Assembly: GCA_963830915.1 (NCBI GenBank)
Contig: CAWHOE010000059.1
Location: 1 to 56,751 of the forward strand
Direction of reading: 5' to 3'
Source: a candidate division FCPU426 bacterium
GTDB lineage: Bacteria > Oederibacteriota > Muellerivitia > Muellerivitales > Muellerivitaceae
DNA: 56,751 nucleotides
Under the pieces are notes generated by a model. The model saw nothing but the letters and a program-made list of their open reading frames with translations, ran no database searches and had not been told where the DNA came from. Of this stretch, positions 48,753 to 56,751 are shown one piece after another (positions within the stretch are counted from its first letter, which is position 1; every line of letters begins with the position of its first letter). Made by a program: the position numbers and the translations under genes.

Positions 48753-49478
48753 ATGGAAACAGACCTGTCCCAGCAGAACCTGCCAGGCATCCGCCAGCAG
48801 GAATTACCCAGCTACCTGGGTCATCGCAAGCGCTTGAAGGAAAGGTTCGCGGCCTCGGGCGCGGCGGCCCTGAGGGATTACGAACTTTTGGAATTGCTCC
48901 TCTCCTTCTCCATCCCTCACCGCGATACCAAACCATACGCCAAGAAACTGATGGAGGTTTTCAAGAACATCCGCACTGTGCTGGAAGCGGACCTGGCGAC
49001 CCTGCAGACCCTGGGGGAACTGCCTCCCCAGAGCGCTTTGCACCTGAAGGCCATCGGGGACCTGGGACGGTTGGCGGAAAAAGAAACCTTCAAACGGGGA
49101 ACGGTCATCGCCAGTCCCCAGGACGTGGCTTCCTTCCTGAAGGGACAGATCGGAAGCAAGCCGAAAGAAGTCTTCGCGGTCCTGTTCCTCGATCACCGCA
49201 ATCACCTGCTTCGTTTCGAGATATTGCAGGAAGGTACGGTGGACCATACGGCGGTCTATCCCCGCGAGATCCTGCGCCGGGCACTGGACCTACACGCCAC
49301 CGGCATCATCCTTTCCCACAACCATCCTGGCGGAAGCCTGGAAGCCTCGGAAGGGGACAAGCAATTGACACGCCAGATCCTCACCGCGTCCCGGGCTTTG
49401 GGCATCACCGTCCATGACCATCTCATCCTCACCGCCGAGGGGCATTTCTCGTTCCGTCAGACAGGTTTGTTGTCCTGA
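48753..49478 (+). CDS. radC: RadC-family JAB-domain protein
   Basis: GHRKRLKERF, YELLELLL, VYPRE, HNHP.G...AS..D, HDHLI. Confidence 0.95.
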   Translation: METDLSQQNLPGIRQQELPSYLGHRKRLKERFAASGAAALRDYELLELLLSFSIPHRDTKPYAKKLMEVFKNIRTVLEADLATLQTLGELPPQSALHLKAIGDLGRLAEKETFKRGTVIASPQDVASFLKGQIGSKPKEVFAVLFLDHRNHLLRFEILQEGTVDHTAVYPREILRRALDLHATGIILSHNHPGGSLEASEGDKQLTRQILTASRALGITVHDHLILTAEGHFSFRQTGLLS

Positions 49479-49506
49479 AAAAAAGTTCGACTGAAAAGGA
49501 GACGAT

Positions 49507-49860
49507 ATGGATATTCAAGAGACATCGTTGGACAACATCCTGAGCTTGACGGGGACATTCCGGATGGACAAACAAAGATGGCCCCTGCACGCCGCCGAAC
49601 TTCAGTCTTTCGCGCTGGACCTGGGACGGTCATTGGATTTTTCCAGGTTCCACCGTTTCCGCTTCAAGGCCGAGTCCTTAAGGGAAGTGATCCTGGATTA
49701 TTGCCTGTCCCCTTCCGCGAGCGGGTGGTCCATGAGGGGAGAGGCGAAATTAAGGATGCCGGACGGGGAAGGGAAAGAACAAACGCTGCCTCTGTCGGTG
49801 GAGATCAGCCCGCTAGAACCGCAGAGGGTCGAGACAAAGTCCTATTGTCTGATCGCTTGA
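49507..49860 (+). CDS. Hypothetical protein downstream of radC
   Basis: AAAGGAG RBS, 117-aa ORF filling the gap before the fabI stop. Confidence 0.65.
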   Translation: MDIQETSLDNILSLTGTFRMDKQRWPLHAAELQSFALDLGRSLDFSRFHRFRFKAESLREVILDYCLSPSASGWSMRGEAKLRMPDGEGKEQTLPLSVEISPLEPQRVETKSYCLIA

Positions 49861-49885
49861 GGGTGGATCTATTTAAGGGATTCGC

Positions 49886-50686
49886 TCAGGTCGCGGATTC
49901 TTTTTTCGTCTCGTCGAACCGCATACCGATCACATTGGCGCCAGCGTCCACATATAGGATATCGCCGGTGACGCCCGAGGCCCAATCGCTGGCCAGGTAG
50001 GTGGCCGTCTTGCCGACCTCTTCCTGACTGACGTTGCGTTTCAAGGGGGTCATACCCTCGGAGGTCTTGAGCATGGTCTTGAAACCGCCCACGCCCGAGG
50101 CCGCCAGGGTCTTGATGGCACCGGCTGAGATGGCGTTCACCCGGATCCCCTTGGGGCCCAGATCGGCCGCCAGGTACCGTACGGAAGCTTCCAGGGCGGC
50201 CTTGGCTACCCCCATGACGTTGTAATTGGGGATGACTTTTTGGGAACCGTAATAGGTCAAGGCGATGATGCTGGCGTTCGGGTTGAAAAGCGGGATGGCC
50301 GGGCGGGTGATGGCGATCAGACTATAGGCGGAAACATCCAAGGCCAGCTGAAAACCGGCCCGGGATGTTGTGGAAAAGGGGTTGGCCAGTTCTTCCTTGT
50401 TGGCGTAGGCGATGCAATGGACCAGGATGTCGAATTTACCCCAGGTTTTTTCCACTTCCTTATATAAGGTCTCGATCTGGTCGTCTTTGGAGACGTCGCA
50501 AGGCAGGATCAGTTTGGAGCCGACGGACTCAGCCAGAGGCCGCACGCGTTTTTCCAAGGCGTCGCCCAGAAAATTGAAGCCTAACTCGGCGCCTTGCTCA
50601 TGAAAAGCCTGGGCGATACCCCAGGCGATCGAACGATCGTTGGCCACTCCGAAGATGAAAGCTTTCTTTCCGCTTAATAAACCCAT
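49886..50686 (-). CDS. fabI: Enoyl-ACP reductase
   Basis: GVANDRSIAWGIA, YNVMGVAKAALE, RVNAISAG.IKTLA. Confidence 0.97.
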   Translation of the reverse strand: MGLLSGKKAFIFGVANDRSIAWGIAQAFHEQGAELGFNFLGDALEKRVRPLAESVGSKLILPCDVSKDDQIETLYKEVEKTWGKFDILVHCIAYANKEELANPFSTTSRAGFQLALDVSAYSLIAITRPAIPLFNPNASIIALTYYGSQKVIPNYNVMGVAKAALEASVRYLAADLGPKGIRVNAISAGAIKTLAASGVGGFKTMLKTSEGMTPLKRNVSQEEVGKTATYLASDWASGVTGDILYVDAGANVIGMRFDETKKESAT

Positions 50687-50926
50687 GAATCGATCCTCCC
50701 CTAAAGACATACCCTGCTGAAATAGGCGCCATTGGTGTGGCGCGGTGAAATAACTTAGCCGTTCTCAGGCGGAATTTAAAGACCAAAAACAAGAAAGGAC
50801 GGCCGTTTTTATACAAAAAAGGAAGGTTTGCGTCTAGAGAATCGGCGGAAACTTCATTAACCTAGCCTCTCCTTGGGCATGAGCCCATAAAGAAACCCAG
50901 CCTCCGCTGGTCCACGAGGTCTTCAA

Positions 50927-51232
50927 GTGATCAAACATATCGTCTTATGGCAGCTGAAGGAGAAAGCTGAGGGCCGGACCCTCGCGGAGAACGCCCGCGA
51001 GATGAAAGACCGTATCGAGAACCTGAAAAAACTGATCCCGCAGATCATCGAGTTGGAAGTGGGACTGCCCTTCGAAACAACCCCGACCTCCTCCGACGTG
51101 GCGCTTTACTCATCCTTCAAGAACAGGGAAGACCTGGACCGCTATCAAAACCACCCGGACCACCTGAAGGTCGTTGAGTTCGTGAAAAAGATCACGGTGG
51201 AACGAAGGGCCGTGGATTACGAGCTTCCATAA
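50927..51232 (+). CDS. Dabb-family stress-responsive alpha/beta barrel protein
   Basis: IKHIVLW, Y.NHPDH, VDYE. Confidence 0.9.
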   Translation: MIKHIVLWQLKEKAEGRTLAENAREMKDRIENLKKLIPQIIELEVGLPFETTPTSSDVALYSSFKNREDLDRYQNHPDHLKVVEFVKKITVERRAVDYELP

Positions 51233-51267
51233 ATATCCCGGATCCAATTTCAAACAAGGAGAATGAA

Positions 51268-52089
51268 ATGGCGAAAGCAAGCAAACCCAAATCAGGCGCG
51301 AAAAAGAACGGCGCCCTCAAGATCGCTACATTCAACGCCAATTCCATCCGAGCCCGCCTTGACATCGTGTTGGACTGGCTGAAAAAGGAACAGCCCGATG
51401 TGCTGGCGGTCCAGGAAACCAAGGTGCAGGACCATGAGTTCCCCCGTGAGCCTTTCGAGTCGGCGGGATGGAACCTGGCCTTTTTCGGGCAAAAAAGCTA
51501 CAACGGCGTGGCCTTCATTTCCAAGTCGCCGGTGAAGAACATCGTGAACCGGCTCTACCCCAAGGACAAAGAGGAACAGGCCCGTTTCCTTTTAGGCGAA
51601 TACGAGGGCGTGACGCTCATCAACACCTATGTGCCGCAAGGGTTCGACATCGAATCGGACAAGTACAAATACAAATTGAAATTCCTGGCCGACCTCAAGA
51701 AATATTTCACGAAGAACATACCGCCGACCACCCCCGCCCTCTGGATGGGCGACCTGAACGTGGCGCCTACCGACATCGACCTGAACAACCCCAAAGGCAA
51801 CCAGGACCATCCCTGTTTCCACATCGACGCCAAGAACGGGCTGAAGGATGTCATGGAGGGGAAGTGGACCGACCTATTCCGGGAGAAGGAAAAGGGGCCT
51901 GGACATTACACTTTCTGGGACTTCCGCCAGCCTGGCACATTTGAGCGCAACCTGGGTTGGAGGATCGACCACATGCTGGGGACCCCCCCTATGGTCAAAC
52001 GATTGGAGAGTATCTGGATAGATACCAAGCCCCGGAGCCTGGTCAAACCGTCCGATCACACCTTTCTGGTGGCTGAATTCACCAGGTGA
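51268..52089 (+). CDS. xth: Exodeoxyribonuclease III
   Basis: ATFNANSIRAR, QETK, YNGVA, GDLNVAP, GWRIDH, SDH. Confidence 0.96.
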   Translation: MAKASKPKSGAKKNGALKIATFNANSIRARLDIVLDWLKKEQPDVLAVQETKVQDHEFPREPFESAGWNLAFFGQKSYNGVAFISKSPVKNIVNRLYPKDKEEQARFLLGEYEGVTLINTYVPQGFDIESDKYKYKLKFLADLKKYFTKNIPPTTPALWMGDLNVAPTDIDLNNPKGNQDHPCFHIDAKNGLKDVMEGKWTDLFREKEKGPGHYTFWDFRQPGTFERNLGWRIDHMLGTPPMVKRLESIWIDTKPRSLVKPSDHTFLVAEFTR

Positions 52090-52333
52090 AGGGGTTTCGA
52101 CAGCTTCGCGCGGACACGGCCCAAGCGGTGGTGGTTTTATGCCGATAAATGCCGTTCGTTTTACCCAAATATGGTTGAACGTTAATTGACTAATAAAATA
52201 ATTGGGGAGATAATAACCTCGAAGATAGATAACAGTAAGTGTTTCTAGCGGAGTTGCCGCTCCCCAAGTCCAAACTTTTCATGAACATTTGATAGAATCC
52301 CATACACGACATTACCCATTGGAGCGGCAGGTT

Positions 52334-53308
52334 ATGCGGAAAAAACCATCACAAAACCCATTGGAATGGCTTTCGCGGAATTTCTCCGCGTTTTTCGCCA
52401 TTCCCCTTTCTTCCCGGCCCAAAGCTTTCCGTTTATGGAAAGGCACCAAATCCAGCCGTGGTTCGGCCTTGATCATGGCGGCCATATTCATGCTAGTCGC
52501 GACAACCCTCATCACGGTCGGTATGAAGTTGGTTTCTACCGCTTCACGTCAAGCCAAACAACAGGGTTTATATATCGCGGAGGCCGAAAGCATAGCGAAA
52601 GCCGGCCTTCGAGACGCGACCGATTGGTTCGGACGACAGACGGCCAACAATGGCATTGTCAGCGAATTATATGTCGGAAACGGCAACGTGACCGTCGGCC
52701 AAGCAGCTGTCACCAATGTCAGCCCCAACGGAAGTCTTTACACTTATCCGGACCAGGCTTTTTGGCCCCAGAACAACACCTTCAACGGTCAATCCTCCGA
52801 TACGCTGGAACCCTGGATCGGCATCGTCAACGAATATCCATTGGACAGCGGGGTTACCATGAACGCTCTTTATTTCGCCCGGTACGAGGTCCGGAAGATC
52901 GCCAATCCCGTGGGACTCACACCGGCGCCGACTTGGGACCCTTACGCGGTGCATGACATCTCGGGGCAGCGCACCGGAACCGACCTGGTAAACGGGGACG
53001 GCACGGTTTGGAGCATCGTCAGCACGGGGTATGTCTATAAACGCATGGACAAGACCATCAACCCGATCACCGGAATGTGGAACAAGGAATACAACGTATA
53101 TCCCAATGTGGTCGTCGCCTCGGCCCGCTATTGTACGGAATTGAAGAAATTATCCCTGAGCATGCCCACGACCGATATGCCCGCACTCAGCGGCGCCGTC
53201 TATTGCCAAAGCGCTTCTCAGATCACGTTGAACAACAACACGGTCCAATTATCCAATGGCGCGGTCTCGACCCAAGGGGTTTACGCGGTCATCGAGATGA
53301 ACCCTTGA
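52334..53308 (+). CDS. PilX-like minor pilin/pseudopilin
   Basis: SSRG|SALIMAAIFMLVATTLITVG class III-like signal without Glu5; LYIAEA...AG; IVSTG.V; start uncertain. Confidence 0.7.
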   Translation: MRKKPSQNPLEWLSRNFSAFFAIPLSSRPKAFRLWKGTKSSRGSALIMAAIFMLVATTLITVGMKLVSTASRQAKQQGLYIAEAESIAKAGLRDATDWFGRQTANNGIVSELYVGNGNVTVGQAAVTNVSPNGSLYTYPDQAFWPQNNTFNGQSSDTLEPWIGIVNEYPLDSGVTMNALYFARYEVRKIANPVGLTPAPTWDPYAVHDISGQRTGTDLVNGDGTVWSIVSTGYVYKRMDKTINPITGMWNKEYNVYPNVVVASARYCTELKKLSLSMPTTDMPALSGAVYCQSASQITLNNNTVQLSNGAVSTQGVYAVIEMNP

Positions 53309-53373
53309 ACGGAGGGAGAGGCAAGGCGTGGGAAGTTCAGTTGGGAATTAAATTTCGAGAAAAGGAGGGGGTT

Positions 53374-55454
53374 ATGGGACGACCAAACAGAATGACCGAT
53401 CCGATCATACAAGAAGCCGGCAAACCCTTGTTCGGACCCTCTCTGGAGGGGCGGTTTTTCCTGGGTCTGGTTTCACTGCTCGCGCTGTTATTTTTACCCG
53501 CCCTGGTTCCCACCGCGACAGCCTGGTCCATCAGCGTCAACGCTCCAGCTTGCTCCGCGGTAGGCATGACGATCCCCGTGACCGTTGGTTTCGCGGCCGG
53601 TTCCTCGGGCCATACCTATTATTTCAATATTGGTTTTTCGAATGGCGCCACCGCGACCGGAAGCGTCAGCTGGGTTTATTCGGGCGGTTGTAACGCGGGG
53701 TCTTCTTGTTATGTGGTATCTGACAACGGCACGAATAACGGGGTCACAGTCGTGGAAAACGTAACGGTTCTTGCCACCGGTTTCACGACCAAAGATATCG
53801 TTGTCGTGGCCAATCGAGAAGACTCTGGGACACTTAATAGTTGCACAAATTATGAGGCATCAACCGGTTTTACCAATTGTGGCAACACCGCCACACCCAC
53901 TTACACATTGACTCCGACCTATACCTACACCCCCGTTCCCTTTACTCCCACACCTTGTTTTCCCAGTTCCTTATCATCCGCGACGACCCAGATCAGCGGG
54001 GCGATCACCATCGTCCTGCCTGTCACGATCACCGGGGTCAACCCAATGTTGTTAGTGAATGTTTTTATTCAGGGCGGGTTGTCCAATGACCATTCCAACT
54101 CGGTGGTATATAACGGGAACCAGGCCTTGATCAAGGAAGTCTCCATCTCGGATACTGCCAATACCAACCATGGTACCTTGGAAACCTGGTATCTGGCTGG
54201 CCCGGCCGCGGGACCCACTCCGTTACCATCGTCATCAACGACGCGACGGGTCCCGAGGTGGTCGCGGGAGCCCAATGCTTCCAAAACGTCAACCAGACCA
54301 CCCCCATCAATAATTTCGCCAGCCAGAATTACGGTTCGGCGGGAAGCTTCACCCTGACCTTTACCGCTAACGCCAACGATACGGTCGCGTCTTTCTTCGT
54401 GGTCAATGGCAACGAACCAGTCGTCGCGACCAACCCCCAATCCCAGGTCTGGTTGGTTCAGGAAGCTCCGAACAGCGGGAACGGTGTGGAAGCGGACAAC
54501 GTGCTAGGCACCGGTTCGAACATGACCTTGAAGTGGACGGTGGGTACGAACCACTCCGCGGATCTGTTGGTGGTGGAGATTAATAACGGCGGATGCCCGC
54601 CCACGCTCACGAACACCTTTACCCCCAACCCGACACCTCCCACAAACACCCCCACGAACACCAGTACCTCCACGCCTACCGTCACCGCCACTCCCACGAA
54701 CACTCCCCTGGGCTGGGCCCCCCCCACGAACACCTTCACACCCACGGCGACGAACACATTCACCTTCACGCCGACATTCACCAACACCAATACCTTCACG
54801 GTGACCCCGCCCACCCCGCCCCCCACCCCCCAGCCGGGTCAATGCACCCTTCCCAACGGGGCGAGCAACACGAACATGCCGCCCGTGGACTGGGAAGAGG
54901 TATTTTGCTATAGCCCCGCCAATACCCATAACACCCTTATCGACGCCAACCAGGTTTTCGGGATGTCCCTGAACGAGATCAAGGAGATCGCGGACTTCAT
55001 CGGGGATTCCACCACTCCGGTCACCTTGAACATCGGCTCTTATTGGAAGCTTTCCTACTTCACGGGCAACCTCACCTATGACGCGACCTATCCGGCCCCT
55101 TATAACCGGCTCAATTCCTACGGTATTCTGGTGGTGGACGGGAACCTGACCCTGAACGCCCCCTCCAATTACAACACGACCCTGCCCAGCTATTACGGGG
55201 GAGTGGTGTTCGTCACCGGAAATTTGTTCATCGGCGCCGGGTGCGAGATCGATGGCTCGATCATCATGGGCACGAACGGTGGAAATTATTACCAGGGAGG
55301 CTCTCCAGGAACCCTGACCTTGGACGGCAACTCGACCAACGGCGGGTATGTTTTTTACAGTCCCGGCATGGTCACGACCGCCATGAGTCAAGTCGCCTCG
55401 TACCGTGAAGATATCAGCCAGCGAAAGGTGATCCTGGCCATCCCCAACATGTGA
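53374..55454 (+). CDS. Secreted Pro/Thr-rich modular protein with PilX-like C-terminal domain (apparent frameshift near 54212)
   Basis: AAGGAGG RBS, signal peptide, two TPT(N/Y)T repeat tracts; restoring one G at GCGGGACCC joins ORFs 53077-54357 and 54258-55454; ends with GILVVDGNL / GVVFVTGNL repeats. Confidence 0.7.
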
Positions 55455-55482
55455 GAATGGCCGGAAAGGAAGGACAAATTCG

Positions 55483-56739
55483 ATGAGGAAGCTGAACCAG
55501 GGCGGATACAACCTAGTTGAATTGATGATCGCGGTCGCCATCCTGGCCGCCCTGGCCGGATCGGTCCTGATGGCCCGTACTTTCATGGCCAAACAAACGG
55601 TGACCACCAGCGACAAGGGGTACGCCACCGAGAAGGCCATCCAAATGTTCGAGGAGCTTAAATCCCTCGTGGGCGGCCAGGAAGTGGCCGGGGTCAACGT
55701 GCTGGACAATTACAGCGACGGGTCCCTCTACAATACGGTCTTGACCACGGACAAGACCGTGGACTTGTCGCCCCCCGGCTCCGGCAACGCGGGCAATGCC
55801 TTGAGCGGCAACAAGAACACCAACGGCCACTGGCGCTACCTGCGGCAGATCACCATCAACAAGGTCGCCAACGACCCCTACGCCCGCCAGGTCATCATCA
55901 AGGTCTTTCTTTACGGCTCCGACTCCAATCCGACCCAACCGGGGGTCCTGTTGACGGAGGTCGGGGGCATCCTGCGCACCATTTCCACCACCTTCCCGCC
56001 TTCCCAGACCATGGACATCTATTTATTGGCCATCCAGAACATCTCGGCCTGGTGGGTCCAGTTGCCGGTCCTTTACCAGACCTTCCAGGGCATCATCAGC
56101 GACATCCAGACCCGCAATCCGGGTTTGGTCATCCGCCCCCATTACATCACCCGTTCGTCCTACGGACGGGACGGCCTCTATACCCCCTACATCAATGAGG
56201 ATAGGGGCACGGATACGGCCACCTCCGGGGGCGCTCTGCCTTATGTTTATTTTTATCCAGGGCTGTCGCCCCAGGACCCGACCACCAACAACCCGCCCGG
56301 GTGCGGCTGTGAGGCCGATTATTATTGGGGGGAAAGCAACCAGGGTCTCCAAACGGACGGCATGATCAACGTCAGCGGAAGCGTCAGCGCCCCCAATACC
56401 ACCCAGTTCACCCTTTGTCCTAATTACACTTTCGCGGACCGCCAGAACAACGGCATGAGATACCCGGACGAGTTGGCCATGTACAGCGCCGTCACGACTT
56501 GGGCGAGCGAATCGGACACCGCTCTCCCGCCCTCCGACCCGGTCACGGAGATGAGCGAACGCATGCTATTCGAGAACATGATGTCCAATCCGGCCTCATT
56601 CACCAATGCGATGGTCATCAATCTGCACGGCGAGTTGATCCCCTTACCGCCCATCCGCAACTACTCGGACGCGGCCAAGGACCCAGGTAACAGCCTGGGC
56701 GGCGGCTATAGCAGGGACTACCAGCAATACGATGGTTAA
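55483..56739 (+). CDS. Large prepilin-type N-terminal methylation domain protein
   Basis: MRKLNQGG|YNLVELMIAVAILAAL type IV pilin signal with Glu5. Confidence 0.85.
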   Translation: MRKLNQGGYNLVELMIAVAILAALAGSVLMARTFMAKQTVTTSDKGYATEKAIQMFEELKSLVGGQEVAGVNVLDNYSDGSLYNTVLTTDKTVDLSPPGSGNAGNALSGNKNTNGHWRYLRQITINKVANDPYARQVIIKVFLYGSDSNPTQPGVLLTEVGGILRTISTTFPPSQTMDIYLLAIQNISAWWVQLPVLYQTFQGIISDIQTRNPGLVIRPHYITRSSYGRDGLYTPYINEDRGTDTATSGGALPYVYFYPGLSPQDPTTNNPPGCGCEADYYWGESNQGLQTDGMINVSGSVSAPNTTQFTLCPNYTFADRQNNGMRYPDELAMYSAVTTWASESDTALPPSDPVTEMSERMLFENMMSNPASFTNAMVINLHGELIPLPPIRNYSDAAKDPGNSLGGGYSRDYQQYDG

Positions 56740-56751
56740 GGTACGCAACAC

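Noticed and set aside
50710..50926. Riboswitch in the fabI/Dabb intergenic region
   Set aside because: No recognisable riboswitch consensus
52085..52110. tmRNA-like 5' sequence GGTGAAGGGGTTTCGAC
   Set aside because: Overlaps the xth stop, lacks the GGGG start, and has no matching 3' T-arm/CCA
54600..54835. ACN-CCN-rich DNA repeats
   Set aside because: Explained by the encoded Pro/Thr linker

Overview
A 56.7-kb chromosomal segment of a GC-rich, probably diderm bacterium. It is mostly housekeeping and envelope genes: glycosyltransferases, leuCD with a divergent LysR, pdxH, mprF, trmL, two mscL, a PAS histidine kinase, a GH-A glycoside hydrolase, lexA/radC, fabI, xth and the start of a type IV pilin-like cluster. 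The strongest candidate for an undescribed system is an AT-richer block downstream of tRNA-Ser(CGA) (about 11.1-16.8 kb). There, a non-coding array of about 37 palindromic 12-bp boxes (GTT[A/C][T/C]CG[A/G][T/G]AAC, ~21-bp phasing, 107-bp higher-order unit) lies directly upstream of a gene encoding a ParB-type HTH domain, one transmembrane helix and a VirB8/TraE-like extracytoplasmic domain. A B-box/SecY-like/DUF2007 fusion gene diverges from the other side of the array. Other notable items: 137-bp repeats that duplicate the 5' end of the tRNA; a duplicated trmL 5' end; four REPIN-like doublets and nested miniature inverted-repeat elements; an apparently inactive HUH/Y1 (RAYT-like) transposase homolog behind lexA; and a candidate ATAC-N4-GTAT SOS box. 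Five genes have single-base frameshifts, mostly in or next to G runs, which are probably assembly errors. All protein-family calls are by eye from motifs; no database search was run.
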